From IMG/VR virus record IMGVR_UViG_3300018414_000182, positions 1 through 36,627 of that record: a stretch of DNA of 36,627 nucleotides; one strand, 5' to 3'. Below are positions 1-7,859 of the stretch, in pieces (within the stretch, counting starts at the first letter, position 1; every line of letters begins with the position of its first letter). The notes below the pieces were generated by a model, which saw nothing but the letters and a program-made list of their open reading frames with translations, searched no databases and was not told the origin of the DNA. The stretch comes from a virus (Duplodnaviria; Caudoviricetes). The translations under genes were made by a program, and so were the position numbers.

Positions 1-26
1 GAGGGGCTGCTGCAACACGCCGCAGC
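1..26. repeat. 26-bp perfect inverted copy of 159-184
   Basis: gaggggctgctgcaacacgccgcagc (1-26) is the exact reverse complement of gctgcggcgtgttgcagcagcccctc (159-184). Confidence 0.95.
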
Positions 27-53
27 CAAGGCTTTCTTCTTGTTGTCGTCCAT
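19..53 (-). CDS. recA: RecA, 5' end only (MDDNKKKALAAA), truncated at window edge
   Basis: ATG at 53 reads MDDNKKKALAAA, the Pseudomonas RecA N-terminus; GAGGAC RBS at 58-63; downstream of cinA. Bases 1-18 do not continue as RecA (see findings). Confidence 0.9.
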
Positions 54-93
54 TAAAGTCCTCACGTAATCAATAAGGCCTGACGGCCAACAC

Positions 94-109
94 CTGTATA
101 AGTAGCCAG
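94..109. promoter_or_regulatory. LexA (SOS) box of recA promoter
   Basis: CTGTATAAGTAGCCAG fits CTG-N10-CAG, 40 bp upstream of the recA ATG. Confidence 0.85.
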
Positions 110-136
110 TATTATTCCACAGCGCTCAAGGATCGC

Positions 137-637
137 CTACCCCTGATTTGCGATTTCTGCTGCGGCGTGTTGCAGCAGCCCCTCTAGCGCGGCCTTCACC
201 GTTTGTCGGCGGACCTCATCGCGATTCCCGGGGAAGTGCCGGCACTCGCAGGTCAACGTCTCTCCCGCGCCCCAGGCCAGCCACACGGTCCCCACAGGCT
301 TCTGTGCAGAACCGCCATCCGGCCCGGCGATACCACTGACCGCCACGGCGAAACGCGCATGGCTCTTGGCCTGCGCCCCGCGAACCATCGCCTCGACTAC
401 TTCACGACTGACCGCACCAACCGAATCAAACAACCCGGCCGGTACATTCAATTGCAGGGTCTTCTGGCGGTTGGAATAGGTCACATAACCGGCCTCGAAC
501 CAGGCCGAACTGCCCGGAATCCGGGTAATCGCCTCGGCAATCCCGCCGCCGGTGCAGGACTCCGCGGTGGTGACATGGGCATTCAGAACCTGCAGACGCC
601 GACCGAGTTCAGCGGCAAGCTGGGTAATTTCTTTCAC
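137..637 (-). CDS. cinA: CinA C-terminal domain protein / NMN deamidase (PncC), 166 aa
   Basis: TAESCTGG, GSSAWF, GAVSREVV and SGIAGPDGG motifs; GTG start at 637 after a GGAG RBS; canonical position upstream of recA. Confidence 0.93.
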   Translation of the reverse strand: MKEITQLAAELGRRLQVLNAHVTTAESCTGGGIAEAITRIPGSSAWFEAGYVTYSNRQKTLQLNVPAGLFDSVGAVSREVVEAMVRGAQAKSHARFAVAVSGIAGPDGGSAQKPVGTVWLAWGAGETLTCECRHFPGNRDEVRRQTVKAALEGLLQHAAAEIANQG

Positions 638-883
638 AGTCCTCTCCTGATGGGGCTGGCGTGTGCTTACCGTACACCAGGAAAGAAGGCTTGCAAGTGA
701 CAAGCCGTCAGGAAAACCAACGGCTCTGGAACAAGGCTTCAGAGGAAGTGACCGTGAACAGTCACGCCCTGCGCCAGGAACAGCGCCAGCCACCAAGCTG
801 ACGCGGCTAGTCCAGCGGCCAAACCCTGCCGAAATGGGCAAAAGCACCGGCCCCTGTTCATCCACCTTCCCTGCGCAGGCATG

Positions 884-1216
884 TCAGGCCAGCAAGTCCC
901 ACGTCAAAGCTATCGCGCCACCCGGAGTGGATGCGTATGCCCACAATGCCTGGCCTGCGGGAATACGGATCGGATACGGCATGACAATCTCGGAGTCACT
1001 GCCGGAAATGCTAGAGCCATTGCCAGAGAAGATGATTGCCGCATTGGAGATGGAAGAGCCGGTCGGCCCCACATACAGATCGACGACACCGGTCGAGGTC
1101 TTGATCAACCCCGTCTGGATGATCAGGCCACCGGTGTTTTGAGCGGCCGAAACGATCTCCACAATCCCTTTTGGGAATACGGTAATGAAGTGCTTGCCCA
1201 TGGTTACTGCGTTCAT
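884..1216 (-). CDS. Hypothetical protein, 110 aa, predicted beta-rich
   Basis: ATG at 1216 (MNAVTMGKHF) with AAGGTG RBS overlapping the com stop; protein-like composition; no family recognised. Confidence 0.65.
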   Translation of the reverse strand: MNAVTMGKHFITVFPKGIVEIVSAAQNTGGLIIQTGLIKTSTGVVDLYVGPTGSSISNAAIIFSGNGSSISGSDSEIVMPYPIRIPAGQALWAYASTPGGAIALTWDLLA

Positions 1217-1221
1217 ATTGT

Positions 1222-1410
1222 TCACCTTTGAATGGAATGGTCGGTCACTGAAAGTGCCGTTTTCATGTCGCTCAAAGGCGATTGCCCAAGGCTCGAGGCC
1301 TTCACATGATTCAAGGTTCCACAGCGGGAACATTTGATCTGGAGCTCGGTAAACTCGCCCACACGGGCGAGAAGTCGTTTGCACTGCCCGCATCTGCATT
1401 CTTTTAACAT
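1222..1410 (-). CDS. Com-family zinc-finger regulator (Mu Com-like), 62 aa
   Basis: MLKECRCGQCKRLL...IKCSRCGTLN: two CxxC knuckles with the Com-family RCxxCxxLL / IKCxRC pattern. Confidence 0.85.
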   Translation of the reverse strand: MLKECRCGQCKRLLARVGEFTELQIKCSRCGTLNHVKASSLGQSPLSDMKTALSVTDHSIQR

Positions 1411-1481
1411 CGACAAGCCCATTTGATTTCAACCGCCCGCAACCCCGGCAACGATCCACTTTCACGTGAGCCTCAAGGCCC

Positions 1482-1991
1482 TCAGCGGATTGCCGGAGCA
1501 CCTTGCAACAACACCTGAGACTCCCGCACCCACTGCTGCAACGCCCTCAATTGCTCGGCGTTGGCGTGGCATTGGCTGTAGTTGTCGACGACGCTGGCGG
1601 CGACGGTAGAGAGTGCAAGGCCCGAGGCGGCGTCATCAGCGACGCTGGGGCCTGCGGCCACGGGCAGATTGGCGGCGCCGGCGTCGTGCACCCGGACAAA
1701 ACCAGCAGGTACAACGCAGGCGTTATCAGCCGCTTTCGAAACATGGATCGGAACCTCCTTGGTAATAGTGGCGCCCGCCTGATAGACCTTGACGACGCGA
1801 TCGACATACTCGACCACCACCTTCTCCTTGACCCGGCCCAACGCCTGGCCCTGCTCGAAGGATTGTTGCAGTCGAGCCTCGTCCAGGCGCTGCTGCTTAC
1901 TGCGTTCGCTACCGGCACCGCTGACGAAGCCAAGTGCATAGAGCAACCCAGCCACGACCGCGATGGCCAGCCAACTGCGGATATTCATCAC
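1482..1991 (-). CDS. i-spanin (Rz-like)
   Basis: N-terminal TM helix, coiled-coil periplasmic region, CVVPAGFVRVHD and NYSQCHANAEQLRALQQW motifs; follows the endolysin. Confidence 0.85.
   Translation of the reverse strand: MMNIRSWLAIAVVAGLLYALGFVSGAGSERSKQQRLDEARLQQSFEQGQALGRVKEKVVVEYVDRVVKVYQAGATITKEVPIHVSKAADNACVVPAGFVRVHDAGAANLPVAAGPSVADDAASGLALSTVAASVVDNYSQCHANAEQLRALQQWVRESQVLLQGAPAIR
1547..1744 (-). CDS. o-spanin (Rz1-like lipoprotein) embedded in the i-spanin in another frame, 65 aa
   Basis: MFRKRLITPALYLLVLSG-C lipobox followed by a Pro-rich mature region (PAPPICPWPQAPASLMTPP). Confidence 0.8.
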   Translation of the reverse strand: MFRKRLITPALYLLVLSGCTTPAPPICPWPQAPASLMTPPRALHSLPSPPASSTTTANATPTPSN

Positions 1992-2041
1992 GCCCTCCCT
2001 TGACCGATATGAAATGCATCAAGCGACCTGCAAAAATCCCT

Positions 2042-2118
2042 GTAGCCGCTGCCGCAGGCTGCGAAAAGGTCCGCAGGACCTTCCCTCCAGGTCCAATCGC
2101 AGCCGACGGCGGCGGCTA
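2042..2118. repeat. REP doublet (REPIN-like, GTAG family)
   Basis: GTAGCCGCTGCCGCAGGCTGCGA ... TCGCAGCCGACGGCGGCGGCTA: imperfect inverted arms with GTAG head, intergenic. Confidence 0.7.
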
Positions 2119-2144
2119 AAAAAGCTGCCCGCCTCCGCATGAAC

Positions 2145-2708
2145 TCAGACCACGGGCAGGCACAAAACCGCCCGCGCCCTGGCCCAGAGTTGCAGACGAT
2201 CCTGCAAGCCGTTCAAACCGCCATTGATACGGCGGGTGATGCTGTTGAACTCATCGCGATCGGCCAGGGCATTGAGCCCGCCGCGCTCCCAGAACCAGGC
2301 CGCCGACTCGGCGGCCCATTGCGGCTGCTCCAGCAGTTCCGGCAACTCCAGCAGGCGCTCATCGCCAAACAGCCCGAGGCTGCACTGGCGATAGTTGCTG
2401 CGCCCGGTGATCTGGATCAGCCCACGCCCGCGATACCGCTGGCCATCGCCGTCGGCCTCTGGGGTGTTGCCCAGGCGTGCGGCGAGCGTGCCGGTGTCGT
2501 ACTTGCTCAGGTATTGATCACTGCCCAGCTCGCGCACGTATTGCAGTTGCCCGGATTCGTGACCGATCTGAGCCAGAAAAGCCGCCTGACGCTTCGGCGT
2601 ATCGATCTGCCGATGGGCCATGGCGGTGTTGAGTGGAGAAACAAAAACGCCCGCTTGGCGGCGGGCGTTAGGCATGATTTGTTGCAGTTGTTGTTCGGTG
2701 ATTGCCAT
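2145..2708 (-). CDS. GH19 endolysin (pyocin lytic enzyme), 187 aa
   Basis: AAFLAQIGHESG, YRGRGLIQITGRSNY, SAAWFW and ITRRINGGLNGL motifs; ATG at 2708. Confidence 0.95.
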   Translation of the reverse strand: MAITEQQLQQIMPNARRQAGVFVSPLNTAMAHRQIDTPKRQAAFLAQIGHESGQLQYVRELGSDQYLSKYDTGTLAARLGNTPEADGDGQRYRGRGLIQITGRSNYRQCSLGLFGDERLLELPELLEQPQWAAESAAWFWERGGLNALADRDEFNSITRRINGGLNGLQDRLQLWARARAVLCLPVV

Positions 2709-2729
2709 GGTCGGTGTTTGTAAATGGAT

Positions 2730-2759
2730 AAGAAAACGCCCCGACTGTGCGGGGCGTTT
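2730..2759 (-). terminator. Intrinsic terminator between fibre chaperone and endolysin
   Basis: Minus strand AAACGCCCCG-cacagt-CGGGGCGTTTTCTT. Confidence 0.7.
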
Positions 2760-3105
2760 ATTGAGCGGGGATTTGATCGGGCGGTCGCGGCCAATCGACA
2801 TCTGAGGGAAATCCTGGTTGCTGCTGAAGTCGATTCAACGCTACCCGGTAAAGCTTCCAGAGTTTCAGCTGTTCCACTTCGCTTGCATTGGCGATATCGG
2901 TATCAATCGCGTCCTGCAAAGGCCCCATGCGGTTTGCCGCGATCGCCAGGAGCTGGTCTCGCCGCCCCAGCACTTCATCAATCGAAGAGGGAGGAAACAT
3001 AGTTTCCAATGGGGCTTGTTCTGAGAAGTACTCTCCTGGAAGAAGATCCTCCTCAACATTGACCGCACGCCAGCCTTGACCATCATTGCGTACTGCAAAA
3101 CTCAT
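2758..3105 (-). CDS. Tail fibre assembly chaperone (for fibre B2)
   Basis: LQDAID...LKLWKLYRVALNRL...FPSDVDWPRPP is typical of tail-fibre assembly proteins; ATGA overlap with the fibre stop. Confidence 0.88.
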   Translation of the reverse strand: MSFAVRNDGQGWRAVNVEEDLLPGEYFSEQAPLETMFPPSSIDEVLGRRDQLLAIAANRMGPLQDAIDTDIANASEVEQLKLWKLYRVALNRLQQQPGFPSDVDWPRPPDQIPAQ

Positions 3106-4874
3106 AAAACCTCCTCATACCCATGAATTGCTACGGCCCCTGCCGCGCTTTGAGACGCGACATAGATGCTCATGCCCTCAAGTACAACTTCTGCCGACAT
3201 GACATCTGGAGAGGTATTCGTACCACCGGCAATAGTCGTCGATATCTGCGGAGCCGAGGAGCTGCGAGTCCCAAGGTAGCTTGAGTTGGATGCGATACAG
3301 ACATTCGACTGAGCGCCGCCGTTGTAGCTGGCAATAGCCGTAAGAGAGACAGATATCGCAGTGGGCGGTACAAAGTTGACCAATGACACTTCCCCCCAAG
3401 TGGGTGCTGTGGAGTTCCAACTGCCAACAACCCCTGCCGCCACAAGCCGGTTAGACACAACATTGGTGCCTGCCGCCAACAGCCACTTAACCTTGGAACC
3501 GCGTTGCCGGTATCGAAGCGGGTACTTGTTGACAGCATCGGTAAAAAACGAAGTCACCCGTACTGCAGTGAAACCAGCAGGAAGCACCGGTTCATAGACA
3601 AACAACACAGGTGTAGCACCAAGCGTCTGCGTCGCCGGATGACTGGCAGTAATCTGATTGGCAGAATCGACCGACTGGACCACGGTTCCAGGAGGGAAAG
3701 CCCCACCCGCGAAAGCCATTCCCTTGCGCATCTGGGCAGTGCTGGGAATGCCTGTAACCACATTCGAGCCAGCCGTCGCGCTCACCGTAATGGCAGGCAT
3801 CAGAGCCGCGATTCCGGCTACTACCTCACCATTGGTTACTACCCACCCGCTGTACCAACTTGAGGCTGCGACAGCACCCAGATCAAGCCCATTAAGCCCA
3901 TTGGTCAAAAGGTTGATGCCGACATTGACATCAGTTAACACAGATGCTGCCCCAGCAGTTCCAACAATGAGCCGCTGCGCTCTAATGCCGACTATGGAGT
4001 TATGACCAGAAGCAGAAACAAAAAGTTTTTGAGGCTCCCCGACAGCAGCCATTGCTTTGACTCGCTGAAGTTCCAAAAGCAAGGTCGAGATATCAACTGC
4101 CCCCTCATTGACAGGAGCATTCCAAGCTTTGATGCACCACATTACAGCTAGATTTCGAGGCCGTGACTCGTCCCCCCCAGACGCACTGGTTGTTGCATCC
4201 AACTCCCCAACCCAGCACAAACTCGTAGAACCGCTTTGAGGCATCGCCGTTTGCTTGGTTTTATAAGAGTGTGTATGGCTCTTGTTTTCACTAAGTTGAT
4301 AACTACCAATTACCCGGCCGCCATCCACCCCCCGCCCATGATCCCAACCTCGCAAAAACTCCCCTCGCGACTCCGGCAACCGGAAGTTACCCGCGCCCTC
4401 GCCCCCGGTGTTGAAGGTCGTGCCCAAATAGGCCGCCAGATCCGGATAAGTCGCAGCGCTCTGCACACTGCCGTCCACCTCCAGGAATCCCGTCGGTACC
4501 GTGCCCTTGGGAAACGGCACCATGGCCCCCACCGGCAGGGCCGACATGTTCTTCAGCAGCGCCTCGATCTCGGCCTTGGTGTAGGTCACCGACTTGGTAT
4601 ACGCATCGGTGATCCCATACTCGGCCAAGGTCGTGCGGATCTTCTCCGGCGGAATCGAATCACGGACGATCGCCTTGATCGCCGCCAGCAGCTGATCATG
4701 CTCGGCCTCGGCCGGCTCTTTCCCACCCGCACGAATCACGTTGAGCAATTCATCGGTCACCGCATTTCCCCAGTCGGAAGAAATCAGTGAGCCGACTTGC
4801 CCCGTGACCGGGTTCTCGTCAACAAACTTCCCATTTACCAGCCCGACACTGGGCACACTCTTTGGATAATCCAC
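3102..4874 (-). CDS. Tail fibre B2 of Mu-like tailocin, 590 aa
   Basis: GTG at 4874 (DYPKSVPSVGL); tail-collar motif LPVGAMVPF...NFRLPESRGEFLRGWDHGRG; divergent, lower-GC C-terminus. Confidence 0.9.
   Translation of the reverse strand: MDYPKSVPSVGLVNGKFVDENPVTGQVGSLISSDWGNAVTDELLNVIRAGGKEPAEAEHDQLLAAIKAIVRDSIPPEKIRTTLAEYGITDAYTKSVTYTKAEIEALLKNMSALPVGAMVPFPKGTVPTGFLEVDGSVQSAATYPDLAAYLGTTFNTGGEGAGNFRLPESRGEFLRGWDHGRGVDGGRVIGSYQLSENKSHTHSYKTKQTAMPQSGSTSLCWVGELDATTSASGGDESRPRNLAVMWCIKAWNAPVNEGAVDISTLLLELQRVKAMAAVGEPQKLFVSASGHNSIVGIRAQRLIVGTAGAASVLTDVNVGINLLTNGLNGLDLGAVAASSWYSGWVVTNGEVVAGIAALMPAITVSATAGSNVVTGIPSTAQMRKGMAFAGGAFPPGTVVQSVDSANQITASHPATQTLGATPVLFVYEPVLPAGFTAVRVTSFFTDAVNKYPLRYRQRGSKVKWLLAAGTNVVSNRLVAAGVVGSWNSTAPTWGEVSLVNFVPPTAISVSLTAIASYNGGAQSNVCIASNSSYLGTRSSSAPQISTTIAGGTNTSPDVMSAEVVLEGMSIYVASQSAAGAVAIHGYEEVL
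4322..4874. repeat. ~550-bp direct repeat copy 1 (fibre N-terminus); partner 6692-7244
   Basis: Near-identical DNA at a constant 2370-bp offset; proteins nearly identical over the first ~185 aa. Confidence 0.95.
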
Positions 4875-5205
4875 TCGTCTGTCCTCTAGTTGAAATTGAA
4901 ACCCAGCAACGCAAGGTCGATGGGTAGCCAATAAGTCAGAGACTCCAGGCCTAGGCCTGGAACGATCTCAATGTGCTGTGTGCGTCAACTCGCCCAGATG
5001 CCGAACTCTGGCCAAGCCGATAACGAACTCGATCGCATCAACAATTGACCAAAGATATCTGCATCGGGATTTATCAAAGGATAAGAAAGGTGAAATGCCC
5101 CATCGAAGGACGAGGAGTCGGAAACTATGCCTTTGGCATCGTCCCGATAGTCAGAGGGTTGAAACAGGTAATACGCAAACCACCGAAAACATCAATGAAG
5201 CACTG

Positions 5206-5682
5206 TCAAAAAAAGTCAGACGCTGCGGAAAATTCAACAGCCGGCCAACCTGCAATGAGCATCGACGCCTCATACAAGCCAGCATCAACAGCAGCAACCA
5301 ACTCGCTCTCACGCATAAAGCAGGCCTGTACATACGCATCAACGGCACTATCACAAACCTGTATCTGACGTGCGTCGAGCTGCACGAAAGAACCACTTTC
5401 CAGCTTCCAGTGGATTACGTAGTTGGCATCTCGTCCTGCCCTTACTGCGGCTCGAGTGAGCTTCGCCTGGCTTGCACGATCCGTTTGAATAGCCAAGCCT
5501 TGAACAACGATACCGCCTTCCTCACGCCTGAATCGTTCATCGGCAATCAATGCCAACATATCGGTAGCGTTAAAAGAGAGAGTCGGATATTCGAGAGAGA
5601 AAATCTCTCCTTCCAGCAAGTGCTCGACACCGTCCACCGCCCTGCAACCCCGGCCATCGGCTCGAACTGCAAACCCATTCAT
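5206..5682 (-). CDS. DUF4376-like tail fibre chaperone (for fibre B1), 158 aa
   Basis: ERFRREEGGI...IQTDRASQAKL...WKLESGSFVQLD...VQACFMRE pattern; ATG at 5682 overlaps the fibre stop. Confidence 0.8.
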   Translation of the reverse strand: MNGFAVRADGRGCRAVDGVEHLLEGEIFSLEYPTLSFNATDMLALIADERFRREEGGIVVQGLAIQTDRASQAKLTRAAVRAGRDANYVIHWKLESGSFVQLDARQIQVCDSAVDAYVQACFMRESELVAAVDAGLYEASMLIAGWPAVEFSAASDFF

Positions 5683-7244
5683 AAGTTGTCCTCCCATCCA
5701 AGACATTGCAAAACACCTGTCGCCGCATAAGAACCGAATCGAATCGTTGGTCCTTCCAACAAAAACAGACCATTGGCAGTAGGTACCGGCGAAGAAGGGT
5801 TATAACCGCCGACGAAGGGTGCAGCATTGAGCGATGCAGTATTCAAGTAAATAGGCGCTTGCGCGGTATAGGCGCTGCTGGGGGCAAAGCCAACGTAGCC
5901 GTTGTTGGTACCGGCAGTCAGTGAAATTTTTGCCGCGGTCGGAGGAACAAAAGCAGAGACGGCAACATCCGCAGCGGGGCTGACAACCCCAGAGGCCATT
6001 AGCGGTAGATTTGGTACATTGGAACCCGGCATCACCTTGTACTGAACGCTGTTACCCGCCTGAATAAACGACAACAGAAACTTGTTTGCCGTGGAGTCGG
6101 TTCGCGTCCAGCTGACACGGGCCTTGTGGGTGTACCCCACAGGCAACAGAGGAGCTTTGTCACTGAGCGACAACAAACCTGCGACACCTGCACCTCCCCA
6201 GATCACCCAGACGCTGTACCAGGTGGAACCGGTCAGCAGCCCGCGGTCCAGGCCATTGGCCCCCAAAGCCGTAGCGTTGATCACAAGATTCACGTCACTA
6301 ATTGTCTTGAATGACAACTCGTTACCAACTACTAGTTGATCGACCATCACATTCACAGATGAACTGAGCCCCGTAGTCGACGCCTTCAGACCTTTGTAGA
6401 TCCCAACAACGGTGTTTTGCTGCGCGTTACGCACATCGATAGCCAGAGCGGCAATATCGATATTTCCCTGATTGCTGGGTGCATTCCAAGCTTTGACACA
6501 CCACATCACCGCGAGGTTTCTAGGTCGGGTTTCCATACCACCTGATAATGCGGTTTCTGTAAGGTACTTGTTGCCATCGGCGGCAATACCGCCAGCGTAT
6601 CCTGATCCCGTTTCGGTAACGACGTTGGCGTCAAGCGCGTGCTTGTGACTCCTCAATTCGTCGGCCTGCCAGCTACCCAGACCACGCCCAGCATCCACCC
6701 CCCGCCCATGATCCCAACCCCGCAGAAACTCCCCTCGCGACTCCGGCAACCGGAAGTTACCCGCGCCCTCGCCCCCGGTGTTGAAGGTCGTGCCCAAATA
6801 AGCCGCCAGATCCGGATAGGTCGCAGCGCTCTGCACACTGCCATCCACCTCCAGAAACCCCGGCGGCACCGTGCCCTTGGGAAACGGCACCATGGCCCCC
6901 ACCGGCAAGGCCGACATGTTCTTCAACAGTGCCTCGATCTCCGCCTTGGTGTAGGTCACCGACTTGGTGTAGGCGTCGGTGATGCCGTACTCGGCCAAGG
7001 TGGTGCGAATCTTCTCTGGCGGTATCGAATCACGGACGATCGCCTTGATCGCCGCCAGCAACTGGTCATGCTCGGCCTCGGCCGGCACCTTGCCACCCGC
7101 ACGAATCACGTTGAGCAATTCGTCGGTAACCGCGTTTCCCCATTGCGAGGAAATCAGTGAGCCGACTTGCCCCGTGACCGGGTTCTCGTCGACAAACTTG
7201 CCGTTCACCAGCCCTACGCTGGGAACACTTTTCGGATAATCCAC
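5679..7244 (-). CDS. Tail fibre B1 of Mu-like tailocin, 521 aa
   Basis: Follows the gp48-like gene; N-terminal baseplate anchor, tail-collar domain, variable C-terminus. Confidence 0.9.
   Translation of the reverse strand: MDYPKSVPSVGLVNGKFVDENPVTGQVGSLISSQWGNAVTDELLNVIRAGGKVPAEAEHDQLLAAIKAIVRDSIPPEKIRTTLAEYGITDAYTKSVTYTKAEIEALLKNMSALPVGAMVPFPKGTVPPGFLEVDGSVQSAATYPDLAAYLGTTFNTGGEGAGNFRLPESRGEFLRGWDHGRGVDAGRGLGSWQADELRSHKHALDANVVTETGSGYAGGIAADGNKYLTETALSGGMETRPRNLAVMWCVKAWNAPSNQGNIDIAALAIDVRNAQQNTVVGIYKGLKASTTGLSSSVNVMVDQLVVGNELSFKTISDVNLVINATALGANGLDRGLLTGSTWYSVWVIWGGAGVAGLLSLSDKAPLLPVGYTHKARVSWTRTDSTANKFLLSFIQAGNSVQYKVMPGSNVPNLPLMASGVVSPAADVAVSAFVPPTAAKISLTAGTNNGYVGFAPSSAYTAQAPIYLNTASLNAAPFVGGYNPSSPVPTANGLFLLEGPTIRFGSYAATGVLQCLGWEDNL
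6692..7244. repeat. ~550-bp direct repeat copy 2 (fibre N-terminus)
   Basis: Matches 4322-4874. Confidence 0.95.
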
Positions 7245-7259
7245 TGGTTCTTGTCTTCT

Positions 7260-7859
7260 CTAGTCATAGTTGATGTACACCTGGGTATGCGCCGGTGTAC
7301 TGCGATGGATCAGGCACTCCAGGGCGCTGCCCGGGTTCATGCCAAAACGTTCGCCCCAATAGCTCGCGCCGAAGCGCCGGCCCAGTTGCAAGCGGCCGCC
7401 GGTATTGAGGGTCCACATGAAATTCGCCCGCCAGGTGCCGAAATGCGCGTGACCAAAACGTGAGCGGCCCATGCGTGGGGTGCTCAGTTCGGTGACGCTG
7501 GCATTGGGGTAGCCCTGGCTGCGGGCGATTTCGACGAAGTAGGCGGCGCGCTGGCTGCCCACCGCCAACAGGCGGCGGCGCACGGCCAGGCGCCGGTCTT
7601 CGAACAGCGGGGTCAGGCCCAGGCAGGGATCGGGCAGGTTCATGACCTTTTCCCAATCGGTCACCAGTTCGCTGACGCTGGCCGGGTCCATTTCGTTTTG
7701 CAGGTCCACGGCCCGGGCGTCGATGCGCGCCAGCTCCTGGGAGATGCCCTGCAACACTCGCTCAAGCTCCGGCACCCGCTCCGGGTCCCAGGCCGGGCCG
7801 CTGGGCAGCAGGCTGCGCAGCTGATCCTGGTACTGAGCAGCGCTTCTTATTGCTGCCAT
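7260..7859 (-). CDS. Baseplate wedge protein, YmfQ/Mu gp48-like (DUF2313)
   Basis: LRSLLPSGPAW, DWEKVMNLPD and LECLIHRSTPAHT motifs; synteny. Confidence 0.88.
   Translation of the reverse strand: MAAIRSAAQYQDQLRSLLPSGPAWDPERVPELERVLQGISQELARIDARAVDLQNEMDPASVSELVTDWEKVMNLPDPCLGLTPLFEDRRLAVRRRLLAVGSQRAAYFVEIARSQGYPNASVTELSTPRMGRSRFGHAHFGTWRANFMWTLNTGGRLQLGRRFGASYWGERFGMNPGSALECLIHRSTPAHTQVYINYD

Noticed and set aside
638-865. N-terminal extension of cinA in the ORF track
   Set aside because: Family similarity begins at the GTG at 637, which has its own RBS.
1217-1501. 95-aa N-terminal extension of the 884 ORF, including a CRGC motif
   Set aside because: Overlaps com and the spanin end, TTG start without clear RBS; the ATG at 1216 has a good RBS.
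4978-5730. 250-aa plus-strand ORF as an immunity or toxin gene
   Set aside because: Mostly antisense to the DUF4376-like chaperone; no motif support.
3102-7244. Invertible (Gin/Cin-type) fibre switch or diversity-generating retroelement
   Set aside because: Fibres are in direct orientation; no recombinase or reverse transcriptase; differences between repeats are not adenine-specific.
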